From positions 2,112,001 through 2,176,000 of the forward strand of contig OZ243972.1 of the NCBI GenBank assembly GCA_965214705.1: a stretch of DNA of 64,000 bases, read 5' to 3'. The notes below the pieces were generated by a model, which saw only the letters and a program-made list of their open reading frames with translations, ran no database searches and was not told the origin of the DNA. The DNA is from Alphaproteobacteria bacterium (GTDB lineage: Bacteria > Pseudomonadota > Alphaproteobacteria > UBA828). The translations under genes and the position numbers were made by a program. Shown here piece after piece: positions 49,467 to 59,758 of the stretch; the stretch's first letter is position 1, and each line of letters starts with the position of its first letter.

Positions 49467-51491
49467 CTAAAGACGCACGTCGTGCAGCGGCCGGCTCCAG
49501 TTGGGGGCGCGCTGCGCGACACGGACAACGTCCTCTTCCAGCATCAGACCGTCGGCGACCAGACGTTCCGCTGTCTCGACGATCGCGGCGACATAGCCCT
49601 CGGCATCGCCGTAGCGCTGCTCGACGGAGGACCTCGGGTCGCCCGTGGCGGCACGGACCGACTCCGTCTCGGGCAAGGGGATCGTGCTGCCGGTGAACTC
49701 GTGCATGGCGCCTTCGCCCTGGCCCCTCTTCCGCAGGTTCCAGCCGGTGTAGGTCGCGAGCGGTGCTTCGACCATCGGCACCCGGACCCCGGCAATGTCG
49801 TTGCCGTCCGCATCGACCGCCGGCACCAGCACGGTGTAGCCCTCGGGATCGACGACGTCGGGCGGCAGCGTGCTCTGAATGCCGTCCGCCGCCGCCGGCC
49901 CGAAGTCGAGGAGCGGCAGCGCGCTGGGCCCGCGCGGCGTCGCGATCCCTGGGATGGCGGGGAACTGCGCGCGCCATACGTCCATGCCGACGAGGCTGCC
50001 GTCGGCGCGCCTGGGGATGCAGCTTGCCGGCGGTTTGTCACCGTCGCTCGCCCACCGGTCCATCGCGTCGAGCAGCGCGCGGAACAGCATCGAGGTCTGG
50101 ACCACGTTGCTCAGGTTCTGGCACACGCCACGCACCGGTGCGCCCTGGTTGGGATCGGCCACGTGCGGCGCGCTCGACCAGAAGTAGACCCGCACGTTGC
50201 CGGGCTGCTCCAGGTCATTGCCCTCGGTGTCGGTATGCACGAGCGAGCCGCGCCGCTGCCAGTATTCCGTCGCGGTCTGGGTATGGAAGATCAGCGGGTC
50301 GGTCTCGGGCCGCTTGCAGATCGCGTCCGACCTGCCGGTCAAGTGATCCGTGCACGCCGCATAGGAGAACGGGAAGCTGTCGGCGGCGTTGTCGTGGTCC
50401 TCGTACTGCTGCCCCGCCGGCACGACGACGTTGGCGAAGCGGTGGTTCATCCACATGCGCCCGCAGCCTGCGACGTGCGCCAGCACGCCGTCGAACACCT
50501 TGCGCCCTGCCGCATCGGCGTTGAAGCCGCGATAGATCGCATCGCGGATGCAGCGCCCGGTCTGGGAGCGGCCGAAGGCGTAGGCCTTCTCCATCGGCCC
50601 GGCGCCCGCCACGGGGTTGGCGCGCCCTTCGCTGTCTCCCGCCTCGTACTTCAGGAAGCTCGCCAGGTCGCGCACCGCCACGTGTCCGAGGCCCAGCACC
50701 AACGGATCGCGGCCTTCGTACACCAGCTCGTAGATCCAGCCGGGCTCGAAGCCATCCGGTAGATAGATGTGGGTGTCGGACTCGACGATGGCGTGCTCGG
50801 CGCCCTGGAAATCGAGGCCCACACCGGTTTCGACGCGCGCGAACTGCCAGGCCTCCGGCGCGATCTCGACGCGCGCGTCATCGGGATAGCGGCGGCGCGT
50901 CAGCCGTGCCTTTGCAGGATCGCGCGAGACTGTCGGGTGGCTGCGGGTGGAGACCCAGCCGCTCAGCGGCAGCGTGGTCTGGCCCTCCTGCGCGACGATG
51001 AACTCGGTCCGCACCGGGCCGGTGAGCGGCGCGTCGCCGTCGGTCGCGACGGGCAGGGTCAGGATCATGCGGCCGTCGCCGGGCAGCAGGTCGCCCTGCC
51101 AGGCGCCCCAGACCACCGTGTAGCCGCGGCGGAACAGATAGCCGTTGCCGGCGTGCTCCAGCGTCGTCGGATCGTTGCAGGCCGGTGCGTCGCAAAAATA
51201 CTGCACGGCCCGCTTGTTGCCGCGGTTGCCGTAATCGAAGAAGAGCCGTCTGTTGCCGCGGGCCGGATCGGCCGGTTTCAGAATGCACAGATCGGCGGCG
51301 AACTCGACCAGGCCATCGCGATTGCGGGGGGCCTTGTTCAGATCGACGATCCCTGCCTGCGCCGGCGCATCGGGATCGACGGCGAACCGCGCCCGCCCGA
51401 TCAGCCGCTCGTAGGCGCCGGCATCGCCGAATTCGTGGCCGCCGGCAAAGGCCCGGCGTTCGTGGATGTCGATCGCGATCGTGTTGCTCAA
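49467..51491 (-). CDS. Alpha/beta hydrolase domain-containing protein
   Basis: FGRSQTGR nucleophile-elbow-like motif, NRGNK, EYWQR. Confidence 0.8.
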   Translation of the reverse strand: MSNTIAIDIHERRAFAGGHEFGDAGAYERLIGRARFAVDPDAPAQAGIVDLNKAPRNRDGLVEFAADLCILKPADPARGNRRLFFDYGNRGNKRAVQYFCDAPACNDPTTLEHAGNGYLFRRGYTVVWGAWQGDLLPGDGRMILTLPVATDGDAPLTGPVRTEFIVAQEGQTTLPLSGWVSTRSHPTVSRDPAKARLTRRRYPDDARVEIAPEAWQFARVETGVGLDFQGAEHAIVESDTHIYLPDGFEPGWIYELVYEGRDPLVLGLGHVAVRDLASFLKYEAGDSEGRANPVAGAGPMEKAYAFGRSQTGRCIRDAIYRGFNADAAGRKVFDGVLAHVAGCGRMWMNHRFANVVVPAGQQYEDHDNAADSFPFSYAACTDHLTGRSDAICKRPETDPLIFHTQTATEYWQRRGSLVHTDTEGNDLEQPGNVRVYFWSSAPHVADPNQGAPVRGVCQNLSNVVQTSMLFRALLDAMDRWASDGDKPPASCIPRRADGSLVGMDVWRAQFPAIPGIATPRGPSALPLLDFGPAAADGIQSTLPPDVVDPEGYTVLVPAVDADGNDIAGVRVPMVEAPLATYTGWNLRKRGQGEGAMHEFTGSTIPLPETESVRAATGDPRSSVEQRYGDAEGYVAAIVETAERLVADGLMLEEDVVRVAQRAPNWSRPLHDVRL

Positions 51492-51516
51492 TCCATGCTC
51501 CCGTCCGCAGGTGCTC

Positions 51517-52377
51517 CTATGCGGCACCGATACGCTCGGCGATGGCCACGATCCGGTGCATCTCGCGCAGCACCGGCTTCTCGATCAGCTTGCCGTCGAT
51601 CACCACCAGCCCGGTATCGGCCGCCTCGAACTCCGCGATGATGCGCCGCGCGCGGGTGATCCGGTCGGGCGACGGCGTGAACACCTCGTTGAGCGCCGGA
51701 ATCTGCTTGGGGTGCACCGCGCCCTTGCCGCAGAAGCCCAGATCCCGCGCCTGGATCGCGGCACGCGTCATGCCGTCCGGATCCTCGAGATCGAGGTAGG
51801 GCACGTCAATCACGTCGAGCCCCGCGCTGGCGGCGGCGTGGACCACGCGCGAGCGGGCATAGAGCAGCGGCTCCCACGCGTTCTGGCAGCGCAGCTCGGC
51901 GGCCATGTCGACGCCGCCGAAGAACATCGCGTCGATGCGCGGGCTGCAGTGAGCGATGTCGTGGGCCGCCTCCAACCCGGCGTTGGTCTCGACGATGACG
52001 TGCAGGCGGGTGTCGTGGCCGCGCTCGGTCAGCAGGTCGTCGAGCAGCACCACCTCGTCCGGCGTGCGCACCTTGGGCATCATCAGCGCGGGCGGCGGCG
52101 TGTCGCTGGCCAGGACAGCCTGCACGTCTGCGATGCCGAAGCCTTCGCGCAGCGAGTTGATGCGGACGATCCGCTCCACCCCGTCATCGGCCTGCGGGCC
52201 CTCGAAGAGCTCGATCGCGTTGGCACGCGCGGCCGCCTTGTCCTTGGGCGCGATCCCGTCCTCAAGCTCGACGCAGACCATATCCGCGCCGCTCGCGAGG
52301 GCTTTGGGGAACATCTCGGGCCGCAGGCCCGGCACGAAGATGAACGAGCGGCGGGGGCGAATGCGCGGTCCGGGCAT
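51517..52377 (-). CDS. CitE/HpcH-HpaI aldolase / CoA-ester lyase
   Basis: RRSFIFVPG, ELEDG, GKGAVHPKQI. Confidence 0.9.
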   Translation of the reverse strand: MPGPRIRPRRSFIFVPGLRPEMFPKALASGADMVCVELEDGIAPKDKAAARANAIELFEGPQADDGVERIVRINSLREGFGIADVQAVLASDTPPPALMMPKVRTPDEVVLLDDLLTERGHDTRLHVIVETNAGLEAAHDIAHCSPRIDAMFFGGVDMAAELRCQNAWEPLLYARSRVVHAAASAGLDVIDVPYLDLEDPDGMTRAAIQARDLGFCGKGAVHPKQIPALNEVFTPSPDRITRARRIIAEFEAADTGLVVIDGKLIEKPVLREMHRIVAIAERIGAA

Positions 52378-52459
52378 GAGGAGGCCTTTGCTGTGGTGCG
52401 GTCCGGCGGAGCTTTGCCCTGCCCGGACCGGGTTGTCTACGGTGCCGGCGGCCGCCTCG

Positions 52460-53074
52460 TCACAAGGCGAGCCACTTCTCCCGCGCGGGCCATGCGTCCA
52501 CCATGGCGCGAAGCGCCGGGTCCAGGTCAGGCTTGGTTTCGGCTTCCCGCGCGAGCTCGCCCGGCTCGGCGTTGAACGCCAGGTAGGAAAGATCGGTCAT
52601 CCGCATGGGGTAGAGGATGCCGTCCAGGTGATCGCACTCGTGCTGCAGGATCATCGCGTGCCAGTCCTCGACGATTCGACGTTGGCTCTCACCCTCCAGC
52701 GTCTGGTAGACGATCTCGACCCGCTTGTGACGCGGCACTTTGCCGTGGAGGCCCGGCAGCGAGAGGCAGCGCTCCCAGATCAGGCCTACCTCGTCGCCGA
52801 GCGGCGTGATGACGGGGTTGACCATCACCGTCCACGGCAGGGGCTCGAGCGCGACACCCGGCGGAATGCGCTCGGCCAGGATGCGGTAAACCACCACACG
52901 CCGGCTGTCGTAGACCTGGGGCGCCGCAATTCCGGCGCCGCCGATCCACTCCAGCGTGTCGCGCATGTCCGTCGCGAGACGGGCGATGTCAGGATCCGTC
53001 GGGTCTTCGACCGGGGCGGCCTTCTTGCGCAGAACGGGGTGCCCCATCTTTGCGATCTGACGAACGGCCATCAT
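52460..53074 (-). CDS. def: Peptide deformylase
   Basis: GAGIAAPQV, ERCLS, QHECDHLDG. Confidence 0.9.
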   Translation of the reverse strand: MMAVRQIAKMGHPVLRKKAAPVEDPTDPDIARLATDMRDTLEWIGGAGIAAPQVYDSRRVVVYRILAERIPPGVALEPLPWTVMVNPVITPLGDEVGLIWERCLSLPGLHGKVPRHKRVEIVYQTLEGESQRRIVEDWHAMILQHECDHLDGILYPMRMTDLSYLAFNAEPGELAREAETKPDLDPALRAMVDAWPAREKWLAL

Positions 53075-53588
53075 TCACCTCTCCGGTTTTCCATCGGTCC
53101 ATGATCGGCTTCACGTCAGCGGCTGTCACGTTTCGGATTCCGCGACATCCGCCGCCGCGGCGAGGCCGCTGGCCATCTGTAGGCGGCGGACTCAAGGGTC
53201 CGACATGGGCGCGTAGAAGCTCCCGCCGGCGCCTTCGACGCGAACGGTCCGAAGCGCCCGTTCGCGCAGAACCGCGGGGCGGGCGACCACGCGGTCTACG
53301 ATTTGGGGGCGCCCGAGCGCTCGGTCTTCATCCAGAGCACGGGGCGATCCGGCAACCCGCGCTCGTCCTACTATGAGGACTACGCCGAGCACCGGCGCGA
53401 CGGGGAGTACCTGCCCATGCTCACCGACCGGACGCGGCTGGAGGACGACGCCCTGGGGACGCTGGTGCTGCAGCTGCGGTGAGGGGGTAGGGTCGCGCGA
53501 AACATGTCTCGAACCGCTTGGTCATGCATGCGGTTGAGGAGTAGTATGCACGACACTTGGCTGCGGCCACCAGAGAACAGGAAGTCAA

Positions 53589-53813
53589 ATGCCGCGTAAG
53601 GGCCAGCACGTTGTTCCGCGAGACGGAAAATGGGCGGTGCGCAAGACCGGCGCAAATCGCGTGACGCGTAGTTTCGAGACTCAACGCGAGGCGATCGAGG
53701 CCGCACGGGATATCGCTCGAAATCAGAGAACGGAATTGTACATTCACGGTCGGGATGGTCGGATTCGTGAGCGGGATTCCTATGGGAAAGATCCATTTCC
53801 TCCCAAGGGGTAA
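53589..53813 (+). CDS. DUF2188-family protein
   Basis: HVVP..GKWAV...TQREAI..AR...IHGRDGRIRERDSYG.DPFPPKG. Confidence 0.85.
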   Translation: MPRKGQHVVPRDGKWAVRKTGANRVTRSFETQREAIEAARDIARNQRTELYIHGRDGRIRERDSYGKDPFPPKG

Positions 53814-53821
53814 CCACGGAT

Positions 53822-54454
53822 TTGGTCGATCCAAACTTCGACAAGAATGTCTTTGTTAACTGCCCTTTTGACAGAGAGTACAAGCATATCCTTCAGGCTA
53901 TCCTGTTTTGTCTCGTTCGATGTGGATTGAGGCCGCGTATTGCAAGCGAACGTAGCGACGCTGGTGAGTCGCGGATTGAGAAGATTCTTGAGCTGATTGA
54001 ATCATCGCGCTACTCGATACACGACCTTAGCAGGTGTCAGGCGCGCGAAGCGGGAGAGCACTACCGGCTCAATATGCCCCTTGAGCTTGGGATGGACTTC
54101 GCATGCCGGCACTACGGCGGACCGCCGTTCTCGAGCAAAAAGATACTGATCCTCGAGGAAGAGCCCTACCGCTATCAGGCAGCAATTTCGGATCTGGCAG
54201 GCAGCGATATTGAGGCACATGGTGGCGATTATCAGACCGCCGTTAGAAAGGTAAGGAACTGGCTCGCAGGGCTCAACGGTTGTCGGCCCGTCGGAGCTGC
54301 CCGAATTTTGGCAGAATATGAAGATTTCCAGGAGTGGTATTTCGAGCGGCAGCTCGATGCCGGTTTTTCTGAGGACGACATTCAGGATTATTCCACCCCG
54401 GAATTGCTCTCCGCGATGGTTCAATGGGTTGGCGAAGGTAGTCCTAGGACATGA
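53822..54454 (+). CDS. Hypothetical protein, possible TIR-like / nucleoside deoxyribosyltransferase-like fold
   Basis: VFVNCPFD...SIHDLS...NMPLELG pattern. Confidence 0.65.
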   Translation: MVDPNFDKNVFVNCPFDREYKHILQAILFCLVRCGLRPRIASERSDAGESRIEKILELIESSRYSIHDLSRCQAREAGEHYRLNMPLELGMDFACRHYGGPPFSSKKILILEEEPYRYQAAISDLAGSDIEAHGGDYQTAVRKVRNWLAGLNGCRPVGAARILAEYEDFQEWYFERQLDAGFSEDDIQDYSTPELLSAMVQWVGEGSPRT

Positions 54455-54967
54455 GCGGGGTTGCTCGGTAGCGAGAAGGGACTGTCAAACAGTAATCCTA
54501 ACAAGCGCTGTTAGACCGTTGTTTTGGGAAGTAGTAGCGAGGTTGTAGCCGCACTTTCAGGGCCCACGTCCAAGCTGTCCAGATCACCTCGTCCCATGGA
54601 CGGTACAGGGCGAAGGCAACACACTCTGATACCGCTGGCCGTCAATATCTGCGCTCCTCCTGGATCGTCGCCAACGAGTGGTCCTATGGTGCCCACTTGA
54701 CGTGACGGCGGCTCTCGATGATGTGGGCGGCGACCTCCTGAGCGCGTTCGCTGTCGTGGGGTGTGGGGACGAGACCTGCGACGGGCTTTCCGTGGCGCGT
54801 GGTGGTCAGACTCTCGCCGCGCGCGGCGCAGTCACGCCATCCGGGCCAGAAGGCCCGGTAGGGGGAAAGGGGACGCGGGCGACTTCAAAATCCGCGCGCG
54901 GGACTCTTCGTGCTCGCTCGCCTCCTAATTACCGCGCTCAGGACCCATCGGGCGCGAGCGACCCGCA

Positions 54968-55418
54968 CCATGGTGCGGTGCACGGGGCGGGCGGGTCGGG
55001 GCAGGCTGCGCGGATGCATCGCGCAGACCATCACCCGGTCGACAAATCCGCGCTCGCGCTCGTCATGCACCGCATCGAAGGCGCCGGCAAGAGCGGTGCG
55101 GAGCGCGAGCGCGTCGCCGCCCGCATGGATGCCGGGCGAAACAAGACGCCAGAGGGCGGCGGAGGGTTGCCGCCCGAGGACGTCGCCATCATCCGCGCCG
55201 AGGTCGAGGGCGACTGGCACGGCTGGACCCCGGAGACACACGACGAAGGCGCGCACCGGCTCGATATCGACAGCCATCCGATGCGCCGCTCCGGTCCGCC
55301 ATGAGCCACCTTGGGCCGCTTGCCTGGACCACCTTGGGCCACCTTGGGCCGCTTTGGGTCGGAGTGGGCCGGAATAGGCCGCCTTAAAATACTCTTCCGA
55401 AATTTACCGGGATTCTTC
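54968..55418 (+). repeat. Internally deleted second copy of the DUF3486 repeat
   Basis: Matches 40321-40403 and about 40778-41145; 5' coding part missing. Confidence 0.85.
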
Positions 55419-55445
55419 CGTCCAGGCGTTCGGACACGCTCCGGC

Positions 55446-55685
55446 TCACACGTACCCGTGGTCCGTGAACCATCGCGCGGACCGTTCCAGCGCTCCGGCG
55501 GCGGAACTTTGGGGGAGCCCCAGCTCCGAGATCGCCTTCGTGCAATCAACCGCCATCCTGTGCCGTGCGAGCCGCGCACCCTCCAGCGGCAAGTACGGCT
55601 GCCGGCGCAGGATCACGCCCTCCAGCAGTGCCCGCACGAGGTTGCCGCCCACGAAACCTGTCGCGCCGGTCACCAAAGCCCTCAT
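55446..55685 (-). pseudogene. Internally deleted NAD-dependent epimerase/dehydratase (HpnA-like)
   Basis: MRALVTGATGFVG joined directly to a C-terminal KA..ELG...WF..HGY segment; only 79 aa. Confidence 0.7.
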
Positions 55686-55688
55686 CGG

Positions 55689-56126
55689 TCAGGCGCGGCG
55701 GAGCGCGACGACGGGAATCTGGCGGTGGGTGCTGGCGCGGTAAGTGGCGAAGCGTGGATTCGCCGCAACCACCTTGTCGTACAGCGCGGTGCGTTCCTGT
55801 CCCTGGGCGACGTGGGCCCCGGCGGCGAAGCGTTCGCCACTGGTCTCGACGGAAACGTTAGGGTCGGCGGCGATGTTCAAGTACCACGCCGGATGACGGT
55901 CCCGGCCGTAGTTCGAAGCGACGACGATGAGGTCGTCGGACTCTTCGAATCGGAAGTACAGCAAGGGCGACGAGCGTGGCTCACCGCTCTTGCGTCCCTT
56001 GGTGACGAGAATGAGGACTCCCGTGCCTTCCAGGCGGCCCAGGACGCGGCCGCCCGAGAGGCGGAACAGGAACCGGTGCACCGGAACGAAGAGCCACGCG
56101 ATGAGGAGGCGTTTCCAGGTCGGCAT
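55689..56126 (-). CDS. Deazaflavin (F420)-dependent nitroreductase-family protein
   Basis: TKGRKSG.PR, VASNYG...HPAWYLN, YRASTHRQIPVV. Confidence 0.9.
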   Translation of the reverse strand: MPTWKRLLIAWLFVPVHRFLFRLSGGRVLGRLEGTGVLILVTKGRKSGEPRSSPLLYFRFEESDDLIVVASNYGRDRHPAWYLNIAADPNVSVETSGERFAAGAHVAQGQERTALYDKVVAANPRFATYRASTHRQIPVVALRRA

Positions 56127-56175
56127 TGCCGGCTCCTTCGAGCTGGGTCATGCGAGCCGCAGGCTGAGGCGCGCC

Positions 56176-57072
56176 TTAGTACTGCGGTGTGCGGTTCCAG
56201 GGCTCGGGCGCGACGGGGCCGGGGTCGGTCACGAGGAAGGGCGTGACCTGGCTGCGTGCGGGCTCGGGCCAGCCATCGGGGCGAAGCGTGCGGCCGGGGG
56301 CGGCGTCCGTGTCGATCTCCTCGCGCCGGTAGAGCCTCCAGATGCGGGCCCTGAGCGAGGCCGGCAGCGCCTCGTAGTCCGGGTGCCACCAGAGCGTGAT
56401 GTTGGTGCGCTCGCGGCCCGAGCGGTTGGGGTGGGCGCCGTGGATCAGCCGCGCGTCGACCACGACGACATCGCCCGCCGTCACCGGCACGTCGACCTCG
56501 TCCGGGTGCGGGGCGAAGGCGGCGTTCTCGGGGTTCTGCACCTCGGCCAGCGTCGGGTCGTGGGCGTCGACCAGGTCGTGCAGCGGATGCGGCCTTCGAT
56601 GGGAGCCGGGGATCAGACGCAGGCAGCCGTTCTCCCGCGTCGTGTCAGTCATGTAGAGGAAGAGTGCCAACTGGGCGATGCGCTCCTCCCGCGAGATCGG
56701 ATGCTGCCAGCCCCACCAGTCCTGATGCCAGAAGAGCGCGGGCCCGCCCGCAGGCTTGCTGATGACGTAGCCGGAGGAGAAGCGCGTGCCAGGCAAGCCG
56801 AGGCGCTCGAACATCTCCTGAAAGCCGGGGTGCGCGATGAGCGATGCGAAGGCGGGGTGGTCCGCGACCGGGACGAGGCTCCCCTGGGAGCGCCACTGTG
56901 CGCGGTGATCGGCGCCGACGGTGCCGAGCGCGGACTCCGCCGCCGCCTTGGTCACCCGTAGCGCAGCCGGGTCCAGCACGCCCGGCACGTGACAGAAGCC
57001 GTCGGCCTCAAGCCCGCGCCGCGCCGCCGCGCCATCCCACGCGGCCGGGCGCGGGCGGGCGGTGTCGTTCAC
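56176..57072 (-). CDS. Phytanoyl-CoA dioxygenase-family protein
   Basis: WHQD, ENGCL..IPGSH, HG..PNRS..R. Confidence 0.88.
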   Translation of the reverse strand: MNDTARPRPAAWDGAAARRGLEADGFCHVPGVLDPAALRVTKAAAESALGTVGADHRAQWRSQGSLVPVADHPAFASLIAHPGFQEMFERLGLPGTRFSSGYVISKPAGGPALFWHQDWWGWQHPISREERIAQLALFLYMTDTTRENGCLRLIPGSHRRPHPLHDLVDAHDPTLAEVQNPENAAFAPHPDEVDVPVTAGDVVVVDARLIHGAHPNRSGRERTNITLWWHPDYEALPASLRARIWRLYRREEIDTDAAPGRTLRPDGWPEPARSQVTPFLVTDPGPVAPEPWNRTPQY

Positions 57073-57073
57073 G

Positions 57074-58246
57074 CTATCGGCCAGCCGCAAGCTCGCGCTC
57101 GACCAGCGTCGCCCAGTAGCTCGCGCCGATGGGCAGGATCTCGTCGTTGAAGTCGTAGCCGGGGTTGTGGAGGAAGCAGCCGCCGGGGCCGAGCCCGTTG
57201 CCGATCCAGATGTAGCTGCCGGGCCGGGCATGGAGCATGTACGCGAAGTCCTCGGAGCCCATGCAGGGGGCGAGGTCGCGGTGCACCCGCTCCGCGCCGA
57301 CCACGGCCTGGGCCGCCGCTTCGGCCCGCGCGGTCTCGTCCGCCGTGTTGACCGTGGCGGGAAAGCGGCCTTCCACGTTCACCGTGGCGCGGGTGCCGAG
57401 CGCCGCGGCCGTGCCCTCCGCAATGCGCTGGATGTTGGCGGCGATCAGGTCCCGCACCTCGGGCTTGAAGGTGCGGACGGTGCCGGCGAGCTCGACCGCC
57501 TGCGGGATGACGTTGAAGGCGTCGCCGCCGTGGATCATGGTCACGCTGACGACGCCCGCCTCCAGCGGGTCCACGTTGCGGGCCACGATGGACTGCAGGC
57601 CGGTGACGATCTGCGCTGCCGCCACCACGGCATCGTGGCCGAGGTGGGGCATGGCGCCGTGGGCGCCGGTGCCCTCCACCGTGATGGTGAACTCGTCGCA
57701 GGCCGCCATCATCGGCCCGGTGCGGACGGCGATCTCGCCCGGCGGCAGGCCCGGCCAGTTGTGCATGCCGTAGACGGCGGTGGCCGGGAAGCGCTCGAAC
57801 AGCCCGTCCTTCACCATCGCCTCGCCGCCGCCGAGCCCTTCCTCGGCAGGCTGGAACACGAAGTAGACCGTGCCGGCGAAGTTGCGGGTTTCGGCGAGGT
57901 AGCGCGCCGCGCCCAGCAGCATGGTCGTGTGCCCGTCATGGCCGCAGGCGTGCATGGCGCCGTCGTTGACCGACCGATGGGCGACGTCGTTCCCCTCCAG
58001 GATGGGGAGCGCGTCCATGTCGGCGCGGAGCGCGATGGCGCCGTCGCCCGGCGCGCCTTCGAGGATGCCGACCACGCCGGTTTTCGCGAGCCCCCGGTGC
58101 ACCTGGATGCCGAAGGATTCGAGCTTCTCGGCCACGACGGCGGCGGTGCGCTCCTCCTGGAAACCCAGTTCAGGGTGGGCGTGGATGTCGCGCCGCCACG
58201 CGGTCATGTCGTCGTGGATCGCGGCGATGCGGTTGATGACAGGCAT
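57074..58246 (-). CDS. M20 amidohydrolase (hippurate hydrolase-like)
   Basis: HPELGF, RADMDALP, HACGHDGH, QPAEE, SEDF. Confidence 0.93.
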   Translation of the reverse strand: MPVINRIAAIHDDMTAWRRDIHAHPELGFQEERTAAVVAEKLESFGIQVHRGLAKTGVVGILEGAPGDGAIALRADMDALPILEGNDVAHRSVNDGAMHACGHDGHTTMLLGAARYLAETRNFAGTVYFVFQPAEEGLGGGEAMVKDGLFERFPATAVYGMHNWPGLPPGEIAVRTGPMMAACDEFTITVEGTGAHGAMPHLGHDAVVAAAQIVTGLQSIVARNVDPLEAGVVSVTMIHGGDAFNVIPQAVELAGTVRTFKPEVRDLIAANIQRIAEGTAAALGTRATVNVEGRFPATVNTADETARAEAAAQAVVGAERVHRDLAPCMGSEDFAYMLHARPGSYIWIGNGLGPGGCFLHNPGYDFNDEILPIGASYWATLVERELAAGR

Positions 58247-58351
58247 GGCGGCTGGCTCCCCGTTTCGGATGGTCAGGCTCGGAACGGAAGGCGGCCCGCC
58301 GGCACGCGCCGACGAGCCGCCCGACCGTGCTCCGGCAGCAGTCTGCGGCCG

Positions 58352-59731
58352 CTATTCGGCGGCCTCGGCCGGGACCGGGCGGTTCATGCCGATCTCGGCG
58401 ATCCGCTCCTGGGTGTAGACCTGGTGCCACATCTCGTAGGAGAACTCGGAGCGGAGGCGCTGGGCCTTCGGGTTGATGGCGAGGTTCACGGTCTCGCCGC
58501 CGAGGACGATCTCGCGGATGCGGCTCCGGTCCTGCAGCTGGGTGACGTCGGCCAGCGGGTCGCCGTCGAAGACCAGGATGTCGGCGAGCCGGCCCTGCTC
58601 CAGCGCGCCCACCTGGCCTTCCTCCCGCACGAAGGTGCCGTTGTTGACCGTGGCGCAGCGGAGCGCGTCTGCCGGCGAGATGCCGAGGTAGGTCACCATG
58701 TGCTCCAGCTCGCGGGCATGCCACTCGCCGTAGGGCGTCACCGCGAAGCCGGAATCGGTGCCGGAGAGGAAGGTGACGCCCGCATCCCTGGCCTTCACCA
58801 GCGAGCGCTGGGCGGCCTCGATCTCGCGCTTGTGCGCATCCGGGAAGCCCGGATAGCAGCCGTCCCCCGGCCGGGTGAAGTCGATGTCGTTTACCACGAG
58901 GCTGAAGGTCGGGCAGATCATGCAGTCGTTCTCGACGACCGCCTCCAGGCCCTCGTCGTCCATCCAGGCGGCGTGGAGGATCACGTCGACGCCGGCGCGG
59001 GCGGAATAGAGCACGGCCTCGGCGCCGCGTGCGTGCACCACCACTTTCTTGCCGAGCCGGTGGGCCTCCGCGACCATCGCCGTGGTCTCTTCCTGGTTGT
59101 AGCCGGCCACGAGGACGCTGGTCATGGGGTTCATCGAATCGCCGTCCATGGCGATCTTGATGAAGTCCACGCCGTCCTTGGCCATGGTACGGATTTCCGC
59201 GATCCCCTCGGCGGCGTCGCGGGCGAGCACGCCGATAGAGGTCTCGGGCACGCCGATCCAGGTCGGGTACCAGTCGGAGAGCCCCTGGCGGTTGGTGATC
59301 TGGCGCCCGGAGCAGGTGATGCGGGGGCCCGTAAAGAGGCCCGCGTCGATGGCGTCGCGGATGGAGGGCGTCACCCGGCCGCTGGTGGTGGGGTCGGCCA
59401 TCGAGGTGAAGCCGGCGGCGAGCACCCGCTGGGCCGCCTCCAGCCCACGCAGCGCGCGGAACTCGACCGGCGCGTAGAGGTCGATGTCCTCTTCGGTCTT
59501 GGCGTTGCCGTAGGAGAGGTGGACGTGGACGTCGATCAGCCCCGGCAGCACGAAGTGGCCAGAGTGGTCCACCACCTCGTCTTCCGGTGCCACCACGGGC
59601 GCGCCTTCGCTCGGCCCGACATAGGCGATGCGCTCGCCCTCGATCACCACAGTCTGGTCGCGCTCGGCGCCGTCGCCGAGGCCGGTGAACAGCTGTCCGC
59701 ATCGAATGTGTCTACGCATCGCTCGCTCCAT
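58352..59731 (-). CDS. Metal-dependent amidohydrolase
   Basis: PGLIDVHVH, GVDFIK, GTDSG, ADIL. Confidence 0.9.
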   Translation of the reverse strand: MERAMRRHIRCGQLFTGLGDGAERDQTVVIEGERIAYVGPSEGAPVVAPEDEVVDHSGHFVLPGLIDVHVHLSYGNAKTEEDIDLYAPVEFRALRGLEAAQRVLAAGFTSMADPTTSGRVTPSIRDAIDAGLFTGPRITCSGRQITNRQGLSDWYPTWIGVPETSIGVLARDAAEGIAEIRTMAKDGVDFIKIAMDGDSMNPMTSVLVAGYNQEETTAMVAEAHRLGKKVVVHARGAEAVLYSARAGVDVILHAAWMDDEGLEAVVENDCMICPTFSLVVNDIDFTRPGDGCYPGFPDAHKREIEAAQRSLVKARDAGVTFLSGTDSGFAVTPYGEWHARELEHMVTYLGISPADALRCATVNNGTFVREEGQVGALEQGRLADILVFDGDPLADVTQLQDRSRIREIVLGGETVNLAINPKAQRLRSEFSYEMWHQVYTQERIAEIGMNRPVPAEAAE

Positions 59732-59758
59732 CGTCTTACCGGCGCGTGTCGTTCAGCC

